DNA of 64,000 bases, from positions 3,451-67,450 of the forward strand of contig JASHPG010000221.1 in the NCBI GenBank assembly GCA_030038275.1. Direction: 5' to 3'. This stretch comes from Candidatus Acidiferrales bacterium (GTDB taxonomy: Bacteria > Acidobacteriota > Terriglobia > Acidiferrales > UBA7541). Numbering within the stretch: the stretch's first letter is position 1; the number at the start of each line of letters is the position of its first letter. The notes under the pieces are model-generated. The model worked only from the letters and a program-made list of their open reading frames with translations. It was not told where the DNA came from and made no database searches. The translations under genes and the position numbers were made by a program. Shown in pieces: positions 46,181 through 55,506 of this stretch.

Positions 46181-47866
46181 TTACATTTTAATTGAGGGTC
46201 GCCACCGTCGAAATGGCTTGGGCCAAAAGGTCACGTTGACGGCAGAGGTCCAGTCCGTTTGCGGGGAAGGTGCCAGTACCGGCGCGAACCATCGTTCGTA
46301 TTGGAGAGAGGCTGAGAAGCTGATCTCATCAGTGAGCCACCACTTCACTTGCGCTGAGACGTCGTTCACTGACTCACCGTTGGGCAGAAAGTTTTTTGAA
46401 ACAGTAGCGTGCCGGTAGCCAAGCTGGACGCTGTCTTTCGCGCCAGCCCAGTACGTGAGCCACGATTGAAAACCAGTCCCTTCGCGCCCTATCCAACTCC
46501 CAATGAGATTTCCTTCGTTCGTGTAAAGATCGTGATAGAAGCTGTCGAAGTATACGTAGTGTCCTCCCCCTTCGCCACCTGGCGCGTCGGTGTAAACCGC
46601 CTCGGCTCGAAGATCCATTTTCGGAGCGCCCGGAAGGCGCGGCACATAGAATCCGGTGCTGAGCGCGGCGCGGGGCGGGTTCGCGAGCGGAGAAGGATCG
46701 TCGTCCGATAGAGAATCGCCATATACCGTCAGCCAGTTGCGCAGGAATGGAACGCGATAGGAGGCATCAAAGCCGCCGGTGCGTTTTCCGGGATTCTGAT
46801 CAGGTAGTTCGTTGGCTCCAGAAGTGAACATCGTGTAGCTGCGGAACAAAGAAAGAAATGTGAGCGGGCGCCCTACGCCACTGAGTTCCGAAGTCCGGCT
46901 AAATCCCAGTTCGAGGTTCGGGGTCGGCTTGAAGGTGATTTTTTCGCCGTGTATTAAAGGGTCCTCCGGAAATTCGTTTCCCGAGAGCTTGCCGAAAAAA
47001 ACATCCATCTTTACCGGGCCGAGACGGTGAAGCACCCAGGGCAACTCAAATGGGGCAATGCGGCTGGCACGGAACACGTACATTGGTTCGGCATTATCGC
47101 TAATTAAGAGCGCGCCGCCATCGTCCGGCGCCCACCATAAGCTCTGTTTCCCGAACGACAGTTCCCACCCACTGAGACTGGCGCCCGCGTATGTGTCAAG
47201 CAATCGGAATCGGTTGATGGTTGCGATCGGCGTCCCCGGCTGAAGAGGATTCTGATCGATTGCGGCGGTGAACTGCCGTACCGGGAGCGGGTCAGCGGCC
47301 GCGGATGGAGCGTGCTGAAACTCCTCGCGCGTATAGATTACGAATCGGCCAGCGGTAACGAACGCCGAAAAGCCATCGAAGCTATTGAGGCCCTGCTGAT
47401 ATGGACGGCCGAAATTATTGATGATCGTCTGCCCGAAATGGTAGCTATCGTTCAACGGCTTGCCGGCTATCCCGGTGAGGCCGGTGTAGATCGATTGGAT
47501 GTGCGGCGAAATCGCCGGAGATCCGCCAAGTTCGGGCTGAAACTCCGCCAGCAGGGCGGAGTAAATTCGCCGAACGTCCGTCGGCGAATCGTCCGTAATA
47601 CTCTTGCCTGCTTCGGAAACCAAGGCGGCACACTCGATGCGGGTCCACGGCCGTTGTCCGAGAAATGCGGTATGGATGTAACCGAGCGCCGCTAAACGCT
47701 CGATCGAGGGGTAAACCCAGCTGTCCAGTTCGACGAACGGCGACCCGGTGCCGGCCGCGGCAACTTCTTCGCCGGAATCTACGAGTGCATTTCGCGCTTG
47801 TGAATCCGCGTTCGGAGCGACCGAGAGAAGCGAGACGATTAGGAGGAGAATCGCGCAGCTATTCAA
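46181..47866 (-). CDS. wzi: Capsule-assembly Wzi-family outer-membrane protein
   Basis: 561 aa. DSWVYPSIERLAALGYIHTAFLGQRPWTRIECAALV is the N-terminal motif I associate with the Wzi family. The beta-rich remainder ends in an aromatic residue. TTG start at 47866 is uncertain. Confidence 0.75.
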   Translation of the reverse strand: MNSCAILLLIVSLLSVAPNADSQARNALVDSGEEVAAAGTGSPFVELDSWVYPSIERLAALGYIHTAFLGQRPWTRIECAALVSEAGKSITDDSPTDVRRIYSALLAEFQPELGGSPAISPHIQSIYTGLTGIAGKPLNDSYHFGQTIINNFGRPYQQGLNSFDGFSAFVTAGRFVIYTREEFQHAPSAAADPLPVRQFTAAIDQNPLQPGTPIATINRFRLLDTYAGASLSGWELSFGKQSLWWAPDDGGALLISDNAEPMYVFRASRIAPFELPWVLHRLGPVKMDVFFGKLSGNEFPEDPLIHGEKITFKPTPNLELGFSRTSELSGVGRPLTFLSLFRSYTMFTSGANELPDQNPGKRTGGFDASYRVPFLRNWLTVYGDSLSDDDPSPLANPPRAALSTGFYVPRLPGAPKMDLRAEAVYTDAPGGEGGGHYVYFDSFYHDLYTNEGNLIGSWIGREGTGFQSWLTYWAGAKDSVQLGYRHATVSKNFLPNGESVNDVSAQVKWWLTDEISFSASLQYERWFAPVLAPSPQTDWTSAVNVTFWPKPFRRWRPSIKM

Positions 47867-48647
47867 CCGATTCGGCCTCCAGCGACATGGCCATCGTGTC
47901 CTGCTCGTCCATACTTACGGGGACGCGAGCCGGCAACTGATGCATCGCTTTGACGTGCCGCAAGGGGCTTGGGGAGATACACGAGACGGCAGTTTTCCAG
48001 ATGACCACCAGATCGGAAACAAAAGACGCGCGATTCATGTACCAACGATCGAGTCTCGCTTTGAGCGGCCTGATCTCGGAATCGTAAAACTCTTCAAGCT
48101 CGCGAGCGGGAACGTTTGCAAGCAGTTCTTCTTCGCGCCTGAAGGCGAGTGTCGCCAATCCCGTTATGCCCGGGCGATATTGCCAATCAGTTGCAGAGGA
48201 ATATTCCGGCAGTTTCGGACGCGGCCCAACCAAGCTCATATCGCCGCGCAACACGTTGTAGAACTGCGGTATTTCATCGAATTTCAATTTGCGAAGTACC
48301 CTGCCGACTTTCGTCAGACGGGCGTCACCATCGCGAGTGAGCCCGGCGCCCGTGCTGTTTGCGAGCATCGTACGGAATTTGTAAAGCGTGAACAGCCGGC
48401 CATTGAGACCGACGCGCTCCTGACAAAATAGCGCCGGACCTTTTGACGTCATTTTCACCAAAATACAAACAATCACTGCGACTACGAAGGTCGTGGAAAG
48501 CCCGATGGCCGATGCCGCTATGTCGAAGGCGCGTTTCTTCGTGGATTTACTCCAGTAGTGGGTTCGCACGGTATTTCCAGTTGCAAACAGCTGCTTTGCT
48601 CCTAGTTTTCTCGGGGTCCTTGCTTCGCATTGCACATTCGGCTCCAA
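47859..48647 (-). CDS. Monotopic phosphoglycosyl transferase (bacterial sugar transferase, initiating enzyme)
   Basis: KRAFDIAASAIGL, LYKFRTM, DEIPQFYNVLRGDMSLVGPRP. The longest ORF starts at TTG 48647. An in-frame GTG at 48569 would fit the short PglC-like N-terminus better. Confidence 0.88.
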   Translation of the reverse strand: MEPNVQCEARTPRKLGAKQLFATGNTVRTHYWSKSTKKRAFDIAASAIGLSTTFVVAVIVCILVKMTSKGPALFCQERVGLNGRLFTLYKFRTMLANSTGAGLTRDGDARLTKVGRVLRKLKFDEIPQFYNVLRGDMSLVGPRPKLPEYSSATDWQYRPGITGLATLAFRREEELLANVPARELEEFYDSEIRPLKARLDRWYMNRASFVSDLVVIWKTAVSCISPSPLRHVKAMHQLPARVPVSMDEQDTMAMSLEAESVE

Positions 48648-48820
48648 ACACTTTCTTCGCGAAACGAGGTGAAGGCAGCTGATAAACCGCGCAAAAGGGA
48701 GGGTTTACCGCATAGTTATAAAGCTGTTTGATGAGGATCGAAGATTCGTGCTTCCCGAATCGAACCTAGGTTGTGCCGAGTCGGGACGGGCTGAACAGGG
48801 CAGCAATCAAACGGTGGCGT

Positions 48821-51259
48821 TCAGTGGACCGCAATCACGGCTGCACCGACCGCGGCTTGCGACGCCACAGTAGCCCACTCTCTTATGGCTTTCGCGGTGC
48901 CGCCTGCCTGGAGCTTCGGGGGAATAACGATTACGTCGCCAGGTAACACTTCAAGGGCTTTAACGTTCTGACTCCACCAGCCATATTCACGGACGGAGCC
49001 ACTCAAAACCGACCCGTTTGCGCGGACAAGGAACACGTGTTTCATATCGGCATTGCCACTGCCGTTGCCCGACTGCCGCAGGTAGTAGTCAACTGTTGCA
49101 TGGGTGCGATACACGAATGAGCTCTGATCGAATACAGACCCAACAACGCTGACAACTTGGCTTTTCGGCGGGATGAAAAGGCTATCGCCGTCCTCAAGGA
49201 CCACTGGCGGAACATCTGCCGCCGCATCATCCGTCGGCTTCAACGCCAGTACCACACGACCCGTAGCTTTCGCAGCCTGAAACTCGCGGATCAACGCCTC
49301 GCGGGCCTGCGACTGGGCGGCTAGCGACGCGGTGTCATCGGGGTTCGATCGGGCGTTCGCGATCGATTGCCGTTGAACTTGCTCTTCCAATTGTTTAGCT
49401 GTCCTGTCCAGCGCGGCTTGTTGCTCGACCCGTGCCAACTCTCGCGTGAACTGCGCGCCGTACAAATATGAGTTTGACGTGAGACCGCCGGCCATAGCCA
49501 AAAGGTCCCGCAGCGTTTGGCCGTGACTGACGCGGTAAATGCCAGGAGCTTTTACTTCGCCTTCGACGCGCACGAACAGAGTTTGCTCCGTCTGCGGCAC
49601 AGCTATGTCTTTTTGGGAGAAAATGGTTACGACGTCGCCCGGTTTCAGAGGAAGGTTGGCGTCTGCATCGCGCTCCAGCACTGCTTTGCGCAACGAGAAT
49701 GGAATCAGGCGCGTGGACAAATCGACCGGGTCGAGCCGCTGGATCACGGCATAATCCCAATTGATTTCCGGTGCTCCCAGCGTTACTTCGTTTCGTAGGC
49801 GGGAACCAGTTATCTCCGTCTGACCGGCCGGCGAGCTCTCTTGCTGTAACATCAAAGCTGACTGGGTTTGTCCCGGCGGTGTTCCGATAGGGGCGGCGGA
49901 CTTCGTAAGATTGGGCTCTGTTGCAGTTCCGTTCACTAGGCCGTTTTCAGCCTGCCAGTAGCCTCTCGTTAGCAGCATTTCCTTGTCGGGGATGAGGTCG
50001 CGAATTGTCATTCCCGGGCGCCACGGGTATCTCCCTGGATTGGCAACGTTGCCGCGAAGCGTCACGGCGTTGTCGAATCGAGGGACTAACGACAGCACGT
50101 GAACGATGTCGCCGCCCTTAACTCGCTCATCCGCGGCGTCGCTGAGCGAGTACTCCGTAACGCTGCGTACCTCGTGATTATCAATCCGCTCGACTGTCAA
50201 CCTGGTCGCATCGGCCACTTCATTCAATCCGCCCGCCAGGGAAATGGCGTCGGCCAGCGAGGCGGTATCGCTCTTAAGCTCGTAGATAGCCGGCACGTCC
50301 ACGCTGCCGGACATAGCTATTTGTGGTCCGACTGGCGGAATGTAAATCACATCGCCGGGTAGTAATGGCGCGTCGTCCGACTTGTTTCCCTTCAGCAAAA
50401 GGTCGTACATGTCGAGATCAGCGATCATCTTGCCATCGCGTTCGAGTTCGATGTGCCGCATGGATCCAGCGGATGACGGCCCGCCTGTGGCGAATATGGC
50501 GTTCACCAGAGTACTGAGCGAACTGATCGTGTAGCGGCCCGGCGCGCGCGCGTCTCCCGTGACGTAGATATCGATCGACCGCAATTTGCCGAGCGTTACC
50601 GCGATATCGAAATTGCGGTAGATTCGCCCGATTCGCTCGCGGAGAAATCCATTCAGATCGCCATAATGAACGCCGGCGGCCGTGACGCTGCCTACTTTCG
50701 GAATGTAAATTGCGCCATCGCGGTCAACGGAGGCGCGCAGCTCCACGTTGACTTGCCCCCAAATCTCGACATCCAACTCATCGCCCGGTCCGATTACGTA
50801 ATTCGCAGGCACCGGCACGTTCGAGAGCGGCGCAAAAGTGCTCGGCGGCTTGCGGAACAAGCTGCTCCCATAGATTGGCAGCATCCGGCCAACGGAGTCG
50901 GCCACCATTAACTGAAATTCTGTGGGAGGTTGGGGCGGCGCGGATTTCGGAAGTTGCGCGTTCGATCGTGTGGCTGGCGAAGTTGGGCCGGTACGGACAG
51001 CAACCGGAGCATTCATGTTGTTTGGTAGCCGCGTCTGTTGCCCGGTCAAAGCAGCGGCCGTTTTGAGTGCTTCACCGCATCCCGGCGTATTTGGATCGCT
51101 CGCGCATTGCTGCGCCGTTGGACTTTGTGCCGATGGGTACTGCGACTGAGATTGCTGTGCGCCTGGGCTGGCAACTTGCGCGCGCGCAGGCGCGGTCACG
51201 GCAAGGACCAACAACAGCATCCCTGTTCCAAGCGCTTTATGCTGTGGCGTCATATTCAT
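48821..51259 (-). CDS. wza: Outer-membrane polysaccharide export protein (Wza/OPX type) with multiple SLBB repeats
   Basis: Start at ATG 51259 in an ATGA overlap with the upstream stop. Signal MNMTPQHKALGTGMLLLVLAVTAPARA. Poly_export core YVIGPGDELDVEIWG. Repeated SLBB endings LLPGDVIYIP, LKPGDVVTIF, LEDGDSLFIP, VLPGDVIVIPP. Hydrophobic C-terminal helix. Confidence 0.88.
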   Translation of the reverse strand: MNMTPQHKALGTGMLLLVLAVTAPARAQVASPGAQQSQSQYPSAQSPTAQQCASDPNTPGCGEALKTAAALTGQQTRLPNNMNAPVAVRTGPTSPATRSNAQLPKSAPPQPPTEFQLMVADSVGRMLPIYGSSLFRKPPSTFAPLSNVPVPANYVIGPGDELDVEIWGQVNVELRASVDRDGAIYIPKVGSVTAAGVHYGDLNGFLRERIGRIYRNFDIAVTLGKLRSIDIYVTGDARAPGRYTISSLSTLVNAIFATGGPSSAGSMRHIELERDGKMIADLDMYDLLLKGNKSDDAPLLPGDVIYIPPVGPQIAMSGSVDVPAIYELKSDTASLADAISLAGGLNEVADATRLTVERIDNHEVRSVTEYSLSDAADERVKGGDIVHVLSLVPRFDNAVTLRGNVANPGRYPWRPGMTIRDLIPDKEMLLTRGYWQAENGLVNGTATEPNLTKSAAPIGTPPGQTQSALMLQQESSPAGQTEITGSRLRNEVTLGAPEINWDYAVIQRLDPVDLSTRLIPFSLRKAVLERDADANLPLKPGDVVTIFSQKDIAVPQTEQTLFVRVEGEVKAPGIYRVSHGQTLRDLLAMAGGLTSNSYLYGAQFTRELARVEQQAALDRTAKQLEEQVQRQSIANARSNPDDTASLAAQSQAREALIREFQAAKATGRVVLALKPTDDAAADVPPVVLEDGDSLFIPPKSQVVSVVGSVFDQSSFVYRTHATVDYYLRQSGNGSGNADMKHVFLVRANGSVLSGSVREYGWWSQNVKALEVLPGDVIVIPPKLQAGGTAKAIREWATVASQAAVGAAVIAVH

Positions 51260-52632
51260 CCTTCCGATCTCATTGCCCCTGTCACTTTCACACCGCCATC
51301 GATCTCCCAAGAGTGAAACGTTCTCACTGCCAGTGCCGCTCCGATGATTCCAGTGCACAGCAGAAACACGAACGCAATTCCGGCGCTGCCCCATGCCCGC
51401 ACCACTACGATCGAGAACAATAGCGTCAGCGCGGCGACTACGATCGATTGCACCAGGAACGGCTCGCGCTTAAATGACCGCAAATAGATCGCCATGGTTT
51501 GCGTGGCGAAGCGCCCGCCCGTTGCGAGGATGAGCAGGGCGAAAACCCACGGTGCTACGAGTCGCCCGGCGAGGGACGGAAGAAAGTGGTGCAATCCAAC
51601 CACGGCGGCCTCGCACACAACCGACATTACGGCGAGCACGGCCGATGATTGTCGAAACGTACGGAAGAAATAGTTGCGCACTTCTGCGATCCGCCGGCGG
51701 CTCACCATCTGCCCAAACGGAGCGGCTTTCGTCGACGTCCACGCGAGAGCGAGAGTGGGTAGGTATCCGGCAACACTCAGCGACATGCCTATCTGTCCTG
51801 CTTCCACCGCGCCCCGGAAGGCGAACAAAAGAGGCGTGAAAATCTGCATTGTGAAATAGGAGCAGAACCAGCTCACCGCGATTTGCCATTGAAACGGCCA
51901 AACTTCCCGCCGCCACGAGACGCTATGGCTGCCGGGAGCGTAGCGCAGCAGCCCAAGCAAGAGTTTCCGCCGCGTCCAAAGAAACGCCAGCGCGACTCCC
52001 GCGTATCCGAACATCACCATCGCTGGCGCGTACAGGCCGTGATGAGTTGCGAGCGACGTCCACGACATGCCCACGGTTGCCACCGCTTGCCAGAACCGCG
52101 CTCCGGCGACCTCGCGTACTTGTCCGCATCCCTCCAGAAAAGAAAGAACCGGATCCATCAGAAACATTGCGACGCACGCGCACACCGCCATGGCCCAAGC
52201 GCCGAACCACGCGACGTGAGTGCTTGGCCCGCGGAGCGAAAAAAACTCGATACCAGCCGGCAGAAGCACAATCCACATCAATGCCGCGGTAGCCGCATAC
52301 CAGCGCACGGTCTTCTGCAAGATCGAGGCGAGCCGCGCGTGCGCGATGGGATCACCATCGATTGTGCCGTCAACATGAAGAACCAGGCGTATCCGTTCGT
52401 GGGCGGCCATTTGCAGCACCACGAATGAAAATCCCAGCTCGAAGACCGTCTGGAGCGCTACTAGACCCAAAATCGTGTAGTAGTAGCCCTGCTCCACCGG
52501 ACTGAGAAAATGAAAAATCAGCAACACCGTTCCGGCGCTGCCGACCATTTGACATAACCGCGCCAGCACGGTGTACGCAACCGCGCCATCAATTCCGAGG
52601 CGCTGCCTGAGGCGCAATATCGCGCCGATCAT
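51256..52632 (-). CDS. Polytopic membrane protein, probable Wzx-like oligosaccharide flippase
   Basis: 458 aa with about 12 hydrophobic segments and an N-terminal LARLCQMVGSAGTVLLIFHFLSPVEQGYYYT pattern reminiscent of MOP flippases. The assignment rests mainly on topology and operon position. Confidence 0.55.
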   Translation of the reverse strand: MIGAILRLRQRLGIDGAVAYTVLARLCQMVGSAGTVLLIFHFLSPVEQGYYYTILGLVALQTVFELGFSFVVLQMAAHERIRLVLHVDGTIDGDPIAHARLASILQKTVRWYAATAALMWIVLLPAGIEFFSLRGPSTHVAWFGAWAMAVCACVAMFLMDPVLSFLEGCGQVREVAGARFWQAVATVGMSWTSLATHHGLYAPAMVMFGYAGVALAFLWTRRKLLLGLLRYAPGSHSVSWRREVWPFQWQIAVSWFCSYFTMQIFTPLLFAFRGAVEAGQIGMSLSVAGYLPTLALAWTSTKAAPFGQMVSRRRIAEVRNYFFRTFRQSSAVLAVMSVVCEAAVVGLHHFLPSLAGRLVAPWVFALLILATGGRFATQTMAIYLRSFKREPFLVQSIVVAALTLLFSIVVVRAWGSAGIAFVFLLCTGIIGAALAVRTFHSWEIDGGVKVTGAMRSEG

Positions 52633-53450
52633 GGCGCAGCCTTCTCTCTCAATAGCGCGCGGTAGAGAATCGGTCGGATCGCCGTAGGCACGATTCGAAC
52701 GGGTGCGCGAACGACGATGCTGAACGCAAACTCAGGCGCGGAGATGAATCCAAGCTCGAGAAATTGCCGATAAAGTCGAATCTCGCTTCTTACGTACGAA
52801 ATCCCGCCCCTCCTCCGAGCCATTCCGCTGCCGCACCGAGCCAGAACCAAAACGTCCGGCAGGTTGCGAATCTCCATGTTTCGCAGCAGCATGCGAACCC
52901 AAAGGTCGTAGTCCTCGAGGCCGGGGAAATGGCGGTAGCCACCGGCAGCGAGGACCGCGGATTTTCGGAAGATTACGGTCATATGATTCAGCGGATTTCT
53001 GAACTTCGCGAAGTGCCTAACCTGCGAGCTTTCGCAGGGAGGGCGCCGAACTGCCGTGATTGAGTCCGGATCGTCGATGAACTCGCCGATCGCAGCGCCT
53101 ACGACCGCGACGCGGGGATTCGTTTCAAGGAAGGCAACTTGTTTTTCGAACCTGCGAGGCACGCAAATGTCGTCAGAGTCCATTCGCGCCACGATTTCGT
53201 TGTTACAAGCCGCGAGACCGGCGCTGAGCGCGGCTCCGAGTCCGCGGCGCACCTCCAACTCCACTGTTGTGATAGGCAAAGCGTCGGTGTGAGACTCGAT
53301 CACCGACTCCAAATTGCTTTCAAGTGGGCCATCCTTCACCACAATCACTTGATCCGCCCGCAAACTCTGCGCGGACAGGCTATCCAGCGACAGGCGCAGG
53401 AATTCAGCCCGCTCTCCGTCGTATACCGGCATCAGCACCGAGTACTTCAT
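52629..53450 (-). CDS. GT2 glycosyltransferase
   Basis: Start at ATG 53450 in an ATGA overlap. YSVLMPVYDGERAEFLRLSLDSLSAQS and ARMDSDDI (DxD). Confidence 0.88.
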   Translation of the reverse strand: MKYSVLMPVYDGERAEFLRLSLDSLSAQSLRADQVIVVKDGPLESNLESVIESHTDALPITTVELEVRRGLGAALSAGLAACNNEIVARMDSDDICVPRRFEKQVAFLETNPRVAVVGAAIGEFIDDPDSITAVRRPPCESSQVRHFAKFRNPLNHMTVIFRKSAVLAAGGYRHFPGLEDYDLWVRMLLRNMEIRNLPDVLVLARCGSGMARRRGGISYVRSEIRLYRQFLELGFISAPEFAFSIVVRAPVRIVPTAIRPILYRALLREKAAP

Positions 53451-54568
53451 CTTGGTTCGCCACAGACGCAGTCGTAGAGCGACTGGTATTGCTCGGACAT
53501 GCGTCTTGAGGAAATAAGCGTGCGGGATGGTTCGCAAACCGCGAATGGATCGCGACGCGCGCGAACATGCTCATCGAGAGCCTGCGCTATGCTGCCTGGG
53601 CCATCGTAGTCAAACAAAATCACCTGACGGGGGAAAAGCTCGAACATCCGCCGATGGAAAGGAATGAAAGAGGCCAGCACACGCAATCCCGAAGCGCAAG
53701 CCTCGCTTACGGATAGTGCGAAACCCTCCGAAGAAGAAGCGGAAATCGCCACATCGGCGGCCGCCATTAACAGACAAATGTCCGGGCGGTTACCTAGAAA
53801 CAATACGTTGGAGGCCCCGGCCGCCACTTTCTCGCAGGCGCCGCGTTCGGGCCCATCTCCAGCCAGCACTAAAATCGCGCGGCTCGAAAGCTGCGAACGC
53901 AGGAATCCGCGTACCACCTGTACTACGCGCTTGACGGCAACAAATTGGCTGGCGTGGAGCACCACAAGCTTATCGAGCGGCCACCCGAATTTCGCGCGGA
54001 GCCGTTCGATAGCTTGGCGGCTGCGCGGCGGACGATACGTTTCCAGGTCTATACCGTTCTCAATCGTCGTCGCGTGAATTCCGTGCCGCTCCGCTCGCCG
54101 CCTTACGCCATCGGAAACTGCCGCCACTGAGCGGAAACCGCGCAGCGCGGCGAAGTGGGAAAGCGCCATCGACCTTCCCGTGAGCGGGCCGTACCGGAGG
54201 GTGTAATCCAACGTTAAATCCGAATGGATCGTGGAGACTGACGGCGCGGAGATTCTGGCAAGCGCCACGAAAAAGTCGGGTCTGATGCCGTGGCAGTGGA
54301 CGATGTCAGCGCCAGTCGAACGGCGGGTTCTTCGAATGCCTTCCATCGTGGCTGGAATCGCCCACCGAGCTTTGTTCAACGCGAAGATCGGAACACCCAT
54401 CGCGCGGAAATTGGCCGCATCGCTTTCTGATGGTTCAGGTGACAGGGTAACAATGGCTGCTTCATACCGCTCCGGATCGAGATGTTTGACGATGCCGAAA
54501 ATAACTCCGACTGGGCCACAGCGTTTCAGCGTTGAGACGATAAACAGCACGCGCCGCGCCACTATCAC
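53447..54568 (-). CDS. GT4 (GT-B fold) glycosyltransferase
   Basis: VLFIVSTLKRCGPV at the N-terminus. E-x7-E-like region SSSEGFALSVSEACASGLRVLAS. Start proposed at GTG 54568, forming a GTGA overlap with the upstream stop. The alternative is ATG 54598. Confidence 0.85.
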   Translation of the reverse strand: MIVARRVLFIVSTLKRCGPVGVIFGIVKHLDPERYEAAIVTLSPEPSESDAANFRAMGVPIFALNKARWAIPATMEGIRRTRRSTGADIVHCHGIRPDFFVALARISAPSVSTIHSDLTLDYTLRYGPLTGRSMALSHFAALRGFRSVAAVSDGVRRRAERHGIHATTIENGIDLETYRPPRSRQAIERLRAKFGWPLDKLVVLHASQFVAVKRVVQVVRGFLRSQLSSRAILVLAGDGPERGACEKVAAGASNVLFLGNRPDICLLMAAADVAISASSSEGFALSVSEACASGLRVLASFIPFHRRMFELFPRQVILFDYDGPGSIAQALDEHVRARRDPFAVCEPSRTLISSRRMSEQYQSLYDCVCGEPR

Positions 54569-55506
54569 GCTCCCGAAGACTTCAGCGCGAACCGCCATCG
54601 CAGGCGATTGAAGAAGTACCGCGCGTATTCCGGTGAAACCACAGCGATGAGGGCAAAATAGCAAAATCGTCTAGCAGTACTCGGTTTGGCGAACGCTGCC
54701 CGTTTTAAAAAGCTGGCGATTTTGTAACTCGCGGACTCCATCCGGCCAGCGGAAATCGCGCGCTCGTATCGTGGACGCGAGAACGTATCAAAACCGCGCC
54801 TTAACCTCTCTCGATAGAGCTGGACGATGTAGCGCTGAGCTTTCCTCTGTTGCAGAGCCGCGCGGTCGCTGATGCTATCGTTTCGAATGCGCGTGCACAT
54901 CAGATGGTCAGGCAAATTGGCCAACCGGAATCCGGCTGTCACCGCTCGCAGCAAAAAATCGTAGTCCTCGGCGGGGGCAAGATCGCGATAACCGCCGAGA
55001 TCGTCGTACACTTCGCGGCGAGCCATCCAGATGTGCGGGATGGGCGTAGAGAGCTCTAGACACGCCGAGATTGCTTTGGCGCCCACCGGAACCGGCGACT
55101 TTCCGACGCATTCCCCTCGTTCATTAATCGTGATCGTGGCGTTTCCAACCAACGAGATTTCCGGGTGAGATTCGAGGAACCGAATCTGCTTTTCGAGCCG
55201 GCGTGGCAGGGCAACATCGTCACCGTCGATACGCGCGATGTAGGGCGCCCGGCACATCTCCAAGCCGGTGTTCATGGCGCGAACAATTCCGCCATTCGTA
55301 CCGAGTCGGACTACGATGACGCGTTCATCCCTGGCCGCGATTTCCGCCAAAATCGAGGACGTTCGATCCGTTGACCCGTCATCGACAACAATCACCTCGA
55401 TCTCGCGCAGGCTCTGTTCGAGCACGCTTCCCAACGATTCGGCAATGAACGGTTCGACGTTGAATGCGGGCAGCAAAACGCTGACCAGACCCGGAGACGC
55501 CCTCAT
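54565..55506 (-). CDS. GT2 glycosyltransferase
   Basis: Start at ATG 55506 in an ATGA overlap with the wzy-like stop. VSVLLPAFNVEPFIAESLGSVLEQS, VVDDGSTDRT, ARIDGDDVA. The upstream 328 codons of the 641-aa ORF overlap the wzy-like gene out of frame and are rejected. Confidence 0.88.
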   Translation of the reverse strand: MRASPGLVSVLLPAFNVEPFIAESLGSVLEQSLREIEVIVVDDGSTDRTSSILAEIAARDERVIVVRLGTNGGIVRAMNTGLEMCRAPYIARIDGDDVALPRRLEKQIRFLESHPEISLVGNATITINERGECVGKSPVPVGAKAISACLELSTPIPHIWMARREVYDDLGGYRDLAPAEDYDFLLRAVTAGFRLANLPDHLMCTRIRNDSISDRAALQQRKAQRYIVQLYRERLRRGFDTFSRPRYERAISAGRMESASYKIASFLKRAAFAKPSTARRFCYFALIAVVSPEYARYFFNRLRWRFALKSSGA

